A stretch of 64,000 nucleotides of DNA from Octopus vulgaris (Eukaryota): NCBI GenBank assembly GCA_951406725.2, contig OX597820.1, forward strand, positions 119,164,001 through 119,228,000, written 5' to 3'. Under the pieces are notes generated by a model. It searched no databases. It saw only the letters and a list, made by a program, of their open reading frames with translations, and had not been told where the DNA came from. Positions 12,114 through 25,695 of the stretch are shown piece after piece (the stretch's first letter is position 1; each line of letters opens with the position of its first letter). Made by a program: the position numbers and the translations under genes.

Positions 12114-12420
12114 AAGGCACATCGCCTAATGGTTAGAGCAGCGGACTCACGGTCGAGGGATCGTGGGTTGGAATCTCAGACCGGGCGATGTGTGTGTTTA
12201 TGAGCGAAACACCTAAGCTCCACGCGGCTCCGGCAGAAGGTAGTGGCGAACTTCCGCTGACTCTTTTGCCACAACTTTCTCTCACTCTTTCCTCCTGCAT
12301 CTTGCAGCTCACCTGCGAAGGATCGGCGTCCCGTCCAGTGTGGGGGAACCTATACACCAAGAAACCGGGAAACCGGCCCTTATGAGCCAGACATAGCTTG
12401 AGAAGGAGCAAAAATAAAAA
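12114..12420 (+). mobile_element. tRNA-derived SINE family B3 (B head, third tail type)
   Basis: Head and body match B1/B2, then a distinct tail CACCTGCGAAGGATCGGCGTCCCGTCCAG...GAAACCGGGAAACCGGCCCTTATGAGCC. Perfect TSD TAACCACTTG (12104-12113 / 12421-12430). Confidence 0.88.
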
Positions 12421-15034
12421 TAACCACTTGGGGCATCTGGACGAGTGTTTCTTCGAATATGTTAGGGGTTCAGGGGTTGTGGATTGGGAAATGGTGTCAC
12501 TGACATAGTTAGTTGTCTGAAACGGGTCACAAGAATTTTAGAAATTGCTGACCAGGAAAATTAGAGTAAATTCCTTCAGCTTTAAACTCTTAGATAACGT
12601 GAAGACATAAAAACTTCTCCTGATTGAGTTTTATGATGCAACAGACTGATGTCAGTAGTTCCTTTGATTGCTAATTAGTTAGATCGGAACGCACGAAAAG
12701 AAATTCTGTTATCTCAGAAATAGATTTTAAATTAAGAAATCGGCCAAATTTATTTGGAAATTTAGCAAGCCGGTTAGAATATTTCAAGGTGACACGACGG
12801 AATAACTTCCACTAGCATCTCAAATTCGTAAAAGTGTCAGAAAATGTGACATCAGTGTCAGTAAGTTAGGACTCGAAGAGTTATGAAGGGATGTTTTGGA
12901 TTGGAGTTACTAAAGACGAGGAAAGTGTCAGTGGGGTATAAATATTCTCAATGCAGAACGGGAAATTATCGAACATCTGCCGGTTAGAAGAATTTCGTTT
13001 GCATTAATGACAGATGGATTTAGAGGAAGGGAGAATGATGAATTTCAAGCAGAATAACTAGAATTCTGATTAGGAAATGTGTTTGGATAAAGTATCGGTT
13101 ATCTCATAAGTCTGAACACTCCAGTGAAGAAAGAAGGAATTTTGAATATTCCATGCAATTTTAACATCCGGGATAACTTAGAAATATGGAAGGAGAAATA
13201 AGCATCTCCTTGAGAAATAGTGCTTACAGAAACTTCTGTATTCTTAGAATATGGTACAGTTTATGTTGGACGATATTTCACAAGCATAAACTTAACAGAG
13301 GTTGAAATATCCATTAGTGCATTTCTATTTTAAATAATTCAAGCAAATGCTAGTTTGGGATCATTGTAAAAATAATCTATCAGAAACGATGTATTTTTCT
13401 TGTGGTTTAGACTTGCGAGTTGTAGATTTGATTAATGGAGAGTCAATATGTATGTAAAGGAAGTCTTAAATAAATGTAGAAATTTGTGGCTGTTGAAGCT
13501 GATCTTCATAACCTGTCATAATTATATATGAGAAAGAAATGGCTCAAGTTTGAGAATAAACTGTTCTCCATGCCCTGAATTCTTCCCAGCAATCAGAATA
13601 TCTTCATAAATAGTGTTCGGATTACAGTGACAAATTACAATGATATAATTCCAACCTCGTGTCTGAAATGCCTTCTATGAAATTAGTTGAACCCTGTATG
13701 GCAAGTTAACACAACTGTTTTCACTATTATATTGTTATTCTTTATCTCCGAACATTCTTCATATTCCGCTGGACATCTTTAGAGCTACAAGGATTTGACA
13801 ATTTGACTTTTGTCATGATATCGTTTATCATAAAGACAACTTGTCATCACTGGCACGGCACAGCAAGTTTTACAAAAAGTTTTCGCCATACATTAGCCAC
13901 CTTTTAGTTACTTGCCATACTAAAAATAGAACCAAATCTCCCTCATGTTAAACACTGCTAACTTTATAAAAATGAGAACATAAGATAATGTAATTTTAGA
14001 GAGGCTCTTTTAGAGAAATGACGTAAAGGCTATAGCAGGAAAAAATAGCATAAAAAACGGCACGATCATTTTGCGTTTGATCATGAAATGCTCCGTCTAA
14101 GGCTGACCTGATAGTAAATAACACCATCTATAGATTTCATTATCTCCGCTTCCATTACGGTACTTATGGTAATTGTTGCAAATAGTTTTGTGTCCTATCG
14201 GAACAGCTTTTAATGACAGACATTAAAAATTATACATAGTGTTTTTTTTTTTTTTTTTTTTTCGCGATATTTAGTTAAATCCTGTTTTCTCATTTTCGCA
14301 GTGGTTAATTTTGCTACTTCTGTCCGGCTGGCGTCGTTGATATAAATACGCGTCAATTAGTGTGGGTTGATTAAATGAACTATGACCTCTTCCCAACATG
14401 ATTTTGGTGTCCTTGCCGCTCATTCAACTGGTCTAGAAACTCATATAATTACGTTAATTATTAGAGACTTGCAACATTGAGCCTGCTTTAATGTAACGAA
14501 TTAAATATTAATACATTTATAAATGTGGTGGCAATTAAGTAAAAATACAATAAAACAAATGAATTTGGAGCGGTAAACTTGTTAAATCGTCGGAGGAATA
14601 ACTTGTAATACTTTTCCAATTCATTGTGATCTAGGTTCAAATCGCACAGATTCAAATTTGCTTTTGGGCCGTTTGTGTATGATAATATAAAGTACCAGTG
14701 AAAATCTGGGGTCCGTGTAACCCCCGAAGCTCTCTCCTCAATTTCTATCTTTAATTATTGTTACTATTGTTATTGTTGTCGTCGACATTTTTGTGTTTGT
14801 TGTTGTTGTTGGATTACCAGAATCATTGACGCGTTGAATAAAATGTCTTGTGACCCAAAGGGAATTTGCCTTACGTTCTTCTTCAGCCGATTAAATAAGG
14901 ACCAGTAGAGTATTGATGATATATGTAATAGAATGTTCGCTTATCTGACCTTGTGCATATAAAACTCTTTCTTATTATTGCAGAATTCGTGAGCTGAAAC
15001 TAGATAAAATGATAAAATGATAAAATAAAATGAA

Positions 15035-15125
15035 AAATGGGAGTCCGAGACAAATGGGAGTCCTAGACAAATGGGAGTCCTAGACAAATGGGAGTCCTAG
15101 ACAAATGGGAGTCCGAGACAAATGG
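15035..15125. repeat. 17-bp minisatellite (AAATGGGAGTCC[G/T]AGAC) x5
   Basis: Directly visible tandem units with no spacers. Confidence 0.95.
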
Positions 15126-15180
15126 TGCTGATCTCTATCGGTAAAAATTTAATCGAAGTAGTGTTTGGGGTCGATATATT

Positions 15181-15477
15181 AAGAACTAGTTACGCACTGG
15201 GGTCGCTGTAATCGACTTAATCCCTTTGTCTGTCCTTATTTGTCCTCTCTATGTTTAGAGAGGACAATGGAGAAATAAGAAACGTTAGCACGCCAGGCGA
15301 AATGCTTTGCAGTATTTCGTCTACCGCTACATTCTGAGTTCAAATTCCGCCGAGGTCGACTTTGCCTTTCTTCCTTTCGGTGTCGATAAATTAAGTACCA
15401 GTTGTGTATTAGAGTCGATATAATCGACTGGTCCCCTTCCCAAAATTTCGGGTTGTGTGCCCAGAGTAGAAAAGAAT
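15181..15477 (+). mobile_element. SINE family C, two abutting partial copies with different tails
   Basis: GTTACGCACTGGGGTCG core, then a restart at GAAACGTTAGCACGCC. Confidence 0.8.
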
Positions 15478-15724
15478 GTTATCCAAAACAATTCTCATAA
15501 CGCTATTCCTCATTCCAATATTTCTTTGTCCATATGAATATGGTTTTCTCGTATCAGCATTTAAAAATAACCATAGTAAGGTTGCTATACTATTATTAGA
15601 TTTTGTATTGTTGTTTTTTAGCCTCCAAATAAACACTGATTAAACATACTTTTTGTTCAAAGTAGTTTTATAGGGACCATTCGTCTGTTAAGAGAATATT
15701 TATGATTACAGTATCTAAAACCCG

Positions 15725-15912
15725 TCTCAAATTTTGACACGAGGCCAGAAATTTTGGGGGTGTGGGCGAGTAAATTCTATCGACCCCGGTGTTACTTATA
15801 TTATTGATCCCGAAAGGATAAAGGGCAACGTTGACTTTGATGGAATTTAAACTCCGAACGTGCTAACAAGTATTTTGTTTGGCGTTCAAAGAACCCTATT
15901 AGTTCGCCGTCC
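15725..15912 (-). mobile_element. old family C-related SINE (similar relics at about 34795-35010, 35520-35700, 46277-46375, 63237-63380)
   Basis: Diverged ATCGACCCC...GATCCCGAAAGGATAAAGGGCAAC...TCGCCG. Confidence 0.6.
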
Positions 15913-16975
15913 TTTTAATAAAATCTAATAAAGATTAGAATTTTGAAAATTTGAAGGCGAGAGTTGACGGAGATTTTGATACTATTTCTAATAAACCAAC
16001 AAACCACATATAAATAAGCTTCTTTTTTTTTTTTGTAATTTGCTTGCTGAATTTGTTGGAGTTATTTATTTATTTCTTTTATGGCTATTTCCCATTGCAA
16101 TCGGGGTTCAAATTACGAATCATTCTACTCAAAATGCTAACCTGTATCTTTCCATAATCGAGAATGTAACGACCAATCGAATATAAAAAACGATAAGTCA
16201 ACGACCGACACTTCACACAAAATAATGTGATCTGGCGGCAATGTAAGAAGTCATACTCATGTGGTTGTGCTTGGTTATAATTGATGCTTGGTTGTATAAA
16301 CTATCGTTTTTCTTATCGTTTAGCGAACTGCAATAAAAGATCTTTCCCCTGATCTTCTTAACGTCGATATAGTTTCGATTGGTTTTAATAGGTGGTTTCC
16401 ACTGTAAAGTAAAAAAGTATCTTGTAAGTACTGTACAACTAACATTACTGCTACATAACTAGTATTACTTCTTGTAGCCGTAGTGTGTTCTTTCGATGTT
16501 AATGTTAACATTAATGTTAATAATTTTGTGGTTATGTTTAGAGACGGCTAACACCATGGCAAACACCTTGGCAAAAATCAATTGTTCATAAATTGTTTGT
16601 AGATCAATGACGTTTGGTGTGTGTTTATTGTTATTTCCGTCCATTTTTATAGCTCACCTAACCGTTTTCTTATTAATTTTCCGAAATATATTTTCTGATT
16701 TTCTTGTTATGGTAGTTGCTCTTTCTGCAAGTTCGTCTGAATCGAGCCAGTTTAATATTTCGCAATCCACAGCAATTTAGGAACCATATCTTGCTACATT
16801 AACAACTTACGCAACCGCTTAGGTGCTTGTGCACATTTAGGTATTCTATACGTCTTTGTATTTTTGATTTAGTTTAGTAATTTCAGTATTAGAAAAACGG
16901 GTCTAACACGGCCACCCCAATTACCCTCACAATCTCTACGACAACGACCTCCGGAATGAATTTTGACATCGATTA

Positions 16976-16978
<3 letters not shown>

Positions 16979-17008
<30 letters not shown>

Positions 17009-17850
17009 CTTCTTCTTCTTCTTCTTCTTCTTCTTCTCCCTCTTCTTTTTCTCCTTCTTCTTCTTCTTCTTCTTCTTCTTCTTCTTCTTCTTCTTCTCCT
17101 TCTTCTCCTCCTCCTCCCCATCCTCCTCCTCCTCCTTCTTCTTCTTCATCTTCTTCTCCTTCTTCTTCTTCTTCTTCTTCTTCTTCTTCTCCTCCTCCTC
17201 CTTCTCCTCCTCCTCCTTTTCCGTCTTCTTCTTCTTCTTCTTCTTCTTCTTCTCCTTCTTCTTCTACTCCTCCTCCTCCTCCTCCTCCTCCTCCTCCTTC
17301 TTTTCCGTCTTCTTCTTTTTCTCCTTCTTCTTCTTCTTCTTCTTCTTCTTCTTCTTCTTCTTCTTCTTCTTCTTCTTCTTCTTCTTCTTCTTCTTCTTCT
17401 TCTTCTTCTTCTTCTTCTTCTTCTTCTTCTTCTTCTTCTTCTTCTCCTCCTTCTCCTCCTCCTCCTTTTCCGTCTTCTTCTTCTTCTTCTTCTCCTCCTC
17501 CTCCTCCTCCTCCTTCTTCTTCTTCTTCTTCTTCTTCTTCTTCTTCTTCTTCTTCTTCTTTCTTCTACTCCTCCTCCTCCTTCTTTTCCGTCTTCTTCTT
17601 CCTCTCCTTCTTCTTCTCCTTCTTCTTTTTCTTCTCCTTCTTCTTCTCCTTCTTCTTTTTCTTCTTTTTCTTCTTTTTCTTCTTCTTCTTCTTCTTCTTC
17701 TTCTTCTCCTTCTTCTTCTCCTTCTTCTTTTTCTTCTTTTTCTTCTTCTTCTCCTTCTTCTTTTTCTTCTTTTTCTTCTTTTTCTTCTTCTTTTTCTTCT
17801 TCTTCTTCTTCTTCTTCTTCTTCTTCTTCTTCTTCTTCTCCTCCTTCCTC
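16979..17850. repeat. about 870 bp (CTT)n/(CCT)n polypyrimidine tract
   Basis: Directly visible. Confidence 0.98.
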
Positions 17851-18414
17851 AATGGTTGTTAGTAATCTAAGTAGCATCTATATTAGTACCATTTTGTTCT
17901 CCTTCATTCTCGGCTTCCTACATATATTCTCACACGTTATTTTTTTTTCCCTTCCAATCTCTCTTCTCAGCAGCCCTTCTTTAATTCTGACGATGAAAAT
18001 GTTGCTGATGCTGTTCTTCTGGAGATAATTTCGATTATTTTATGCGGATTCATTACAAGAGCACAGTCATTTTATTTACAAATTCTATCTCAGCTGCTCG
18101 CTTAGGAACTAAAACCTCCAGCATAAATGTCCATGCAATGTTTAAAAAAGAAAACTGCATAAAATAAACGTAAAAAAAAAACAGAAATGAGAAATTAAAA
18201 TGCAGAAAGAATATAAATCAGTTAAAAAAAAAATAAAAGAAACAAACGAAAGAAATCTCAGCAAAATAATTAAACAAACAAGAAAAGGCAAATATGGTCT
18301 TTTTATCATTCTATTGTTGATGAAGATGACAAGAATGTGTTTGCTAAATAAATATTTCGTCAAATAACCAACTAAATTGAAATGCACGAAGATATCTTTC
18401 GGCCACTATCTTGC

Positions 18415-18458
18415 ACATGTGCGTGCGTGCGTGTGTCTGTGTGCGTGCGTGTGTCTGT

Positions 18459-18552
<94 letters not shown>

Positions 18553-18574
18553 AAGTGTGTGTGTGTGTATGTGT

Positions 18575-18650
<76 letters not shown>

Positions 18651-18658
18651 AAGTGTGT
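18415..18658. repeat. (GT)n microsatellite
   Basis: Directly visible. Confidence 0.98.
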
Positions 18659-19207
18659 ACGTGCAGTATTATTTTCTTATTCACTGGAATCCAGAATATT
18701 GCTGTTTCGTTGGCTTTTTTTTTTTTTTGAATCTGTCTTATTTTTTGAAATTCACTTTTCCCACCCTTTGGCTAATAGGTTTCTATATAATTTCAAGTGG
18801 ACAGTTACAACTACTACTACTACTATGACGACGACGACGACCACCACCACCACCAGCAGCAGCACCAGCAAAAGCACCACTTGAAACACCACCACCACCA
18901 CAATTGTTACTACGATAATAATATTTCTGACAAAACTAATAATAATAATTATTATGATTAAAAATACAAATTTATTATTATCGATATTTGTTAAGTTAGA
19001 AGTCCCCGGCATCAACATCGGAATGATGGTGACCACCGCCATGTTCATCATCATTGTCAAAATCTTTCTTATTTTCATCGATATCATCATCATCCTCATC
19101 CTCATCATCATCATCATCATGATTCTCCTGATCACCATGTTAATATATTATCTTTCTAGAAATCCTTATTATTATTTTTTAATACTTTCATTGTGTTTTT
19201 CAAATGC

Positions 19208-19238
<31 letters not shown>

Positions 19239-19419
19239 TTGTTGTTGTCGTTGTTATTGTTCTAGTTGTTGCTGAGACTGTTGTTCGTGTTGCTGTTCTC
19301 TTCGTTATCGTATACCCTACTGCTTTAAAACTTTTCCTTTGTTCCATTGAATATTTCTAAAATATGCCCACCACCACCCATCATAAACATCTACACACAC
19401 ACACACACACATACACACG

Positions 19420-19451
<32 letters not shown>

Positions 19452-19809
19452 TACACACGTACACACACACACACACACACGTACAAACACACACACACGC
19501 ACACATCCCTAACAGTTCCAAATCTGTTCCGTTCTATTTTGCTTGTTTTCTTTCTCCTCAATTCTTTCCACTTCTATGGCGTTCTTAAATCGTTTCTGCT
19601 TACAAATGAAATTTATTTACAGGCGTTATATATTTTTTATTGATTTGTTATTGCAAACAAAAATCTTTATATTCCAATTTTTATAGAAACACAGCATTAT
19701 ATATGCTTGCCATTTGTTTATTTCAATAATCTGATAATAGTTATTATTATTGTTATTATCATTATTATGAATAAATCACTATTAAAATTATTACTATCAC
19801 CAACACCAC

Positions 19810-19834
19810 CATTATTATTATTATTATTATTTTC

Positions 19835-19904
<70 letters not shown>

Positions 19905-19927
19905 CATCATCATCATCATCATCATCA

Positions 19928-19991
<64 letters not shown>

Positions 19992-20027
19992 CATTATTAT
20001 CATCATCATTATTATTATTATTATTAC

Positions 20028-20081
<54 letters not shown>

Positions 20082-20098
20082 CATTATTATCATCATCA

Positions 20099-20139
<41 letters not shown>

Positions 20140-20191
20140 TATTATTATTATTATTACTATTATTATTACTATTATTATTATTATTATTATA

Positions 20192-20224
<33 letters not shown>

Positions 20225-20296
20225 ATTATTATTATTTTATCATCATTATTATTATTAGTAGTAGTAGTAGTATCAGTATTAGTATTAGTATTATTA
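19810..20296. repeat. (ATT)n/(ATC)n compound microsatellite
   Basis: Directly visible. Confidence 0.98.
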
Positions 20297-20631
20297 ATGT
20301 GTACTTTGTCCACTGGGTAATTTATTCGCTGTGTACATTAATCACTATGTACTTTATTTCACTGTGTACCTTGTCTATTTGTCTAACTTCTCCCGCGTAT
20401 CTTCCATTTTCCCTTACCAAATTTAATAAATCTGTCGCTTTTATTCTTTCCTCATATAAGATAAATAACAATTTCGCCCCAGTCTTTCTATTTACTTGCC
20501 TCTCTCTGTCTCTCTATCTCTTTATCTCTCTTTCTCTATCTTTCTCTATCAGCTTTCTTTCTGATTTCCTCTCTATCATCTACACTCTAAACTCACATTC
20601 ATATACACGGAACGGTTGAGCAAAACACACG

Positions 20632-20679
<48 letters not shown>

Positions 20680-20939
20680 TACAGATTTACATACACACGT
20701 TCGCATACATATAGAGACAAATGTAAACGTTTGTGCATATTTTCTTTTCGTATTATACCTTATCTCATTTTCACAAGCGTTTGTTTTAATACAAACTTGG
20801 ATTATTCAATGGGCAAACATGAAATAAAGCGGAAGGACTTTCAAAAACTATTTTCTCACCACCTTTTCTTCTCTAGCTCGTTCTTACTCTGTCTTTCTCC
20901 CTATCTTTCCTTTCCAACCTTTCTCTCCCCTTCGTAGTT

Positions 20940-21025
20940 CATACATACATACATACATACATACATACATACATACATACATACATACATACATACATAC
21001 ATACAAACATACATACATACATACA

Positions 21026-21061
<36 letters not shown>

Positions 21062-21136
21062 TACATACATACATACATATATACATACAAACATACATAC
21101 ATACATACGTGCATACATACATACAAACACACATAC

Positions 21137-21182
<46 letters not shown>
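20940..21182. repeat. (ATAC)n(TA)n microsatellite
   Basis: Directly visible. Confidence 0.98.
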
Positions 21183-21185
<3 letters not shown>

Positions 21186-21844
21186 CGGTTTATGTCGCCA
21201 TATTCTAGATATATTTCTTTTCATTTCTTATAACTCCTTTACTTTTCTTATGATATTATCTTTAACCGAAGTCTCCAGATATGTTAGCACATTTCGGTTG
21301 GAGGCAGTTTGATATGGTGTGTAACTTTCTCCTGGCAAGAGATGAGATAATCTTCACAAAGATATTATTCAAACAATTATAAACGAAAGAATAAACAACC
21401 CTAAGCCTCAAGAACAGATGAACCAAGCTCGCCAATGTGTGATATTCAATTTATCATCCTCCTCCTCACCTTTATTCCTTTTTCTTTATTATTTCTTTAT
21501 CTTTATTGTTTTCTATCTGGTTTATTTCGTTTGCCTTTGTCTTGATTCCTGTTTCAGAAATGAATGATATCCAAAACAGAAGGAACTATTGATCTTTTAA
21601 ATGAAGGGAAAAGCGAGGTGCAGCGAAATAAATCTTTAAGAAAAGTAGACAGGTAGATAAATGTATGGTGAGACCTACAACTAGATCAATTGCTAGGTAG
21701 AATCATTGATATTTTGATCGATTAATTAATTGCCTAGTTATACTGATTGATAGATTTATAGGAGAGAAATCGAGCGTCTCTAAAATAACATCTCTCACTT
21801 CTTGTAAAAATTAGAATTCTATGAATTATATTTTATTCTTTAAT

Positions 21845-22044
21845 CGTCTCAGTCATTGGAGTGCGGCCAGGATGGAGTACCGCCTGGAATAATTTTTAGG
21901 CAAATGAATCATCCACCGTTCCTGTGGGGTTTTTTTAAGTCTGGTATTTATTCTATCTCTCACATTTGCCGAACCGCTAAGTTACTGGGACCTAAACACA
22001 CCAACAACGGTTGTCAAGCAGTAGTGGGGAATAAACCCGCAAAC

Positions 22045-22093
<49 letters not shown>

Positions 22094-22240
22094 ACGTTTT
22101 TTTTATTTTGCGTTACCAAATCCGCTCGCAATGCTTTTGTCAGACCGTGGATATATAGTAGAATACATTTGACCAAGGTGAAACGCAGTGGGACTGAACT
22201 CTGAACGATGCGGTTGGGAAGCAAACTTCTTATCACACAG

Positions 22241-22242
<2 letters not shown>
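21845..22242 (-). mobile_element. diverged SINE family A
   Basis: Colinear with the family A unit, with many substitutions. Confidence 0.75.
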
Positions 22243-22331
<89 letters not shown>

Positions 22332-22686
22332 CATCGGTGGTGTTTCAACAAGATCTAAATCCACAGTGAAACTCTTGAACAAAGATTTTGTCTATGTATG
22401 TCTACATCCAATTCAGCAAATGTCTTCGAGGTACTTCACCAAATGTTACAAATCTGGAAATACCTCGATAGCTACCTGAGACATTACTTTCTACAGTGAA
22501 GTCAGTATTGCATCCATTCAACTACCATTGACAATTATTGCTGCAACATGATCAACTAATACATCTCACCATGTGTAAAAACCTGAACCGTTATGTCATC
22601 AGATGCGAGTATTTCCCCTGAATTGATGAACTTAATGACAAATATAAGTGTCTTCATCTGAGGAATATTAACCATTTCCTTGATAA
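22332..22686 (-). pseudogene. decayed RTE-type LINE reverse transcriptase fragment
   Basis: Minus strand about 22477-22332 translates GSYRGISRFVTFGEVPRRHLLNWM*TYIDKIFVQEFHCGFRSC*NTTD, matching the LINE RT motifs NYRGISLL and ESQCGFRxxRSTxD. Confidence 0.7.
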
Positions 22687-22700
22687 TATGTTGCTGCAAT

Positions 22701-23087
22701 GGAAGCACTCCGTCGGTTACGACGATGAGGGTTCCGGTTGATCCGAATCAACGGAACAGCCTGCTCGTGAAATTAACGTGTAAGTGGCTGATCACTGCAC
22801 AGACACGTCTACTCTTAACGTAGTTCTCGGGGATATTCAGCGTGATACAGAGAGTGACAAGGCCGGCCCCTTGAAATACAGGTACAACAGAAACAGGAAG
22901 TAAGAGTGGAGTGAGAGAAAGTTGAGGCGAAAGAGTACAACAGGGGTCGCCACCACCCTCTGCCGGAGCCTCGTGGAGCTTTAGGTATTTTCGCTCAATA
23001 AACACACACAACGCCCGGTTTGGGAATCGAAACCGCGATCCTCCGACCGCGAGTCCGCTGCCCTAACCATTGGGCCATTGCGCCTCC
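22701..23087 (-). mobile_element. tRNA-derived SINE family B2
   Basis: Full-length copy with perfect 14-bp TSD TATGTTGCTGCAAT (22687-22700 / 23088-23101). Confidence 0.95.
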
Positions 23088-24044
23088 TATGTTGCTGCAA
23101 TAGGTCACCCATGATTCTCTACCTATGGCTCATTGAAATAAAGCCTGTGTAAAGAGTTATCCGCCATTCTAGAATACCCTCTGTAACACTGATTATATTA
23201 AATCCTTCTTTGGAACGGACAGGAGCGGTAGTTGACAGGCGATGAACAAATAACTGTATTAAAAAATTATACATTGATTCGGAATTCTTTGTTCAAAAAC
23301 AGCTAAAGGTCTGATGATCATGCTTAATTGCCCGTGCTTTTCACTGTTTGAAGGTATATTCCTGTCATGAGAACTTTTGTTTCTCGGTAAATAAGAGCTG
23401 AACATGTTCTGGTATAATTCATACTGGATGTCTAGATATGGCTGATATATTTTAATCGAACATACCTTTAGGTAGGTATTTTGAAGTTCAGAATATTGGT
23501 AGTTATCCCATAAATTTATATTTGATATCTGATATTAAACATCAGGTCATGACGTTGCTAGACGAATGTTCGTTGCATATTCTTAAAAGCATTCCTGAAG
23601 TCCATCTTAAGCTTTGCTCGTAGTAGATATTGATCGATCTAAAATACAGATGCTCACACGGAGACCACGATTAATATAATCCTGTTGTAAGCGATGGTGG
23701 ATACAAATAAATTTAATACTTGGGTTTATGATGGGACAATGTATTGCTTCTCACAACACACTACTCAGAATTAAGCTGAAACAAATGTAGACTACGTTTA
23801 TTCATTTTATCTAAGCCAAAGGGTTCCAGAAAGACTTCGCGTAGCAATCGCGATGTTTTCGGGTATTAAACTTACCAGATGGAATTATATTGATGTCAGT
23901 CTGTGTAAAAGAATGGTATTTGTAAGACTGTCGTAAAAAGATAAATAAACATGCAAAATACTTCTCGTTCATGGCGATTTGGCGCATACATTAAGAAGTA
24001 AGTCGCACGATGCCTGCAAGAGAATGGCAAACGTTTTTTTAATG

Positions 24045-24365
24045 ATCATCATCATTGTTCAACCCTGGTCGAGACGATAGAATTTACCATGCTACGCCAG
24101 ACTTCACGGTCCATCATGGCATTCGGAGGTTCTGTTGCTGGATGCCTGTATCCCTGGAGATTACATCAGGGTAGGAGAGTGTGCGCCATCTGGTATTGCG
24201 AGCAGATGGCTTCCAGAGGAGAAGAGTAGAAATTACCTCGTTTTCAGCTCTACAACAATGTCCAGCAAACTGGACTCTTCTACCTTTCAAAAGAGATGAC
24301 ACAGGTGGTAGTTTCCCATATATTTGCATTTTGGTTGGATGGCGCTTCCACGAGAGATTTTTAAT
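24045..24365 (-). mobile_element. 5'-truncated RTE-clade LINE 3' end
   Basis: KNLSWKRHPTKMQIYGKLPPVSSLLKGRRVQFAGHCCRAENEVISTLLLWKP is typical of the post-RT C-terminus (RRxxxAGHxxR). Ends in a (TGA)n tail. Confidence 0.8.
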
Positions 24366-25415
24366 GATCCATTGGTACGAACAAGTTGGCTTCACACCTC
24401 GTTCATCAGATTGGATTTTCACAGGGTGAAAGCAAAAACAACTGTTTCGTTTTTCATCTCACAGGATACCGCCTCAAAAGAAGTTGTAAACCAGAGTAAT
24501 TTAAATAAGCAGACGGCCGTGTCTCATGAAACGCTGAAATATATATCAGTGAAGCCCTGCTGCGAAAAGTGCAGCACGGTGCTCGATCTGCTGGATTTAT
24601 AATTAACGAGCAGAGTTCACGTAATCTAACAGCCCAGTCGTAAATATGGCCATTGTTTGTCATTCTGAGTTTTGCGTAAAAGAATTCGATGCCAGATCGT
24701 ACTTGTTCGATGATACATAGCATAGTACGAAAATTAGAGAAAAGCATGGCTTCCTCCGTATATGAACAACCCTTTCATTTCTCATCCTCAACATTTACCT
24801 GAACCTTTTCAGTGGTGACTATTTGTGAGTGAACAGCTTCCGTCCCGAACCTGATAAATGCATGGATACCTGCATACATATATGGAGATATATAATTCAA
24901 AGATTCGAAATTGTATGTATGAATAAATGTATCTGGGTGTGTCAGTATATACATACATATATGTATATGTATATATAAACGAGTGACTGCTATCTGTAAC
25001 CGGCGGTTGTCCTGTACAGAGGAAGGGAAATTTCCCAGAAACAACTGGTCTACAGGTATCGCCGCGACTAGAAGAGGAGCGGTAGATTCCCTTGCTCACA
25101 GTATATGGACACCGATCATGTGTCGGCAGGCAGCTGGAAAAGATGTTTTTCTGGGGCTAAAACGTAGTAACATCATCCTGCGTAGGATTGCCAGGTTGCG
25201 TTGGCAAATAGACTTTACTGTACGCTCAGAGATTTCAAACTAAATATCTATATATATACGTGTGTGTGTGTGTGTGTGTGTGTGTTCGTGTATATACCTA
25301 CATATGTATATGTATATGAAAAGTAACAAGCACAGAAACGCATATTTGAAGACAAGTGTGAATACATAGCTTTATTCATATTTGTATGAATGTATATCTC
25401 TTTTTTTCTCTCTCT

Positions 25416-25461
<46 letters not shown>

Positions 25462-25632
25462 ATATATATATGTATGTATATATATGTTGTGTATGAATTA
25501 TATATATATACATTTGTATACATACATATTTACATATATGCATTATATGCATGCATATACACATCATGTATATACATACATATATACATATATATGCTTT
25601 ATTTAAAAGCAGCAGAAATATGTGCTTACTCC

Positions 25633-25695
<63 letters not shown>

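Noticed and set aside
15035-15125. Regular short repeats resembling a CRISPR array
   Set aside because: 17-bp head-to-tail units without spacers, no cas genes, eukaryotic context.
16936-17877. Long ORFs of 243-304 aa (poly-S/F/R/E/K)
   Set aside because: Stop-free read-through of the (CTT)n/(CCT)n tract in several frames; no coding evidence.
23020-23087. tRNA-like sequences with A/B boxes (also at 12114, 35390 and 57721)
   Set aside because: These are SINE heads continuing into repeat bodies, most with TSDs; no convincing complete cloverleaf.
24466-24602. Possible plus-strand terminal exon after tttttcatctcacag
   Set aside because: Only an acceptor-like site, with no recognisable homology or upstream partner.
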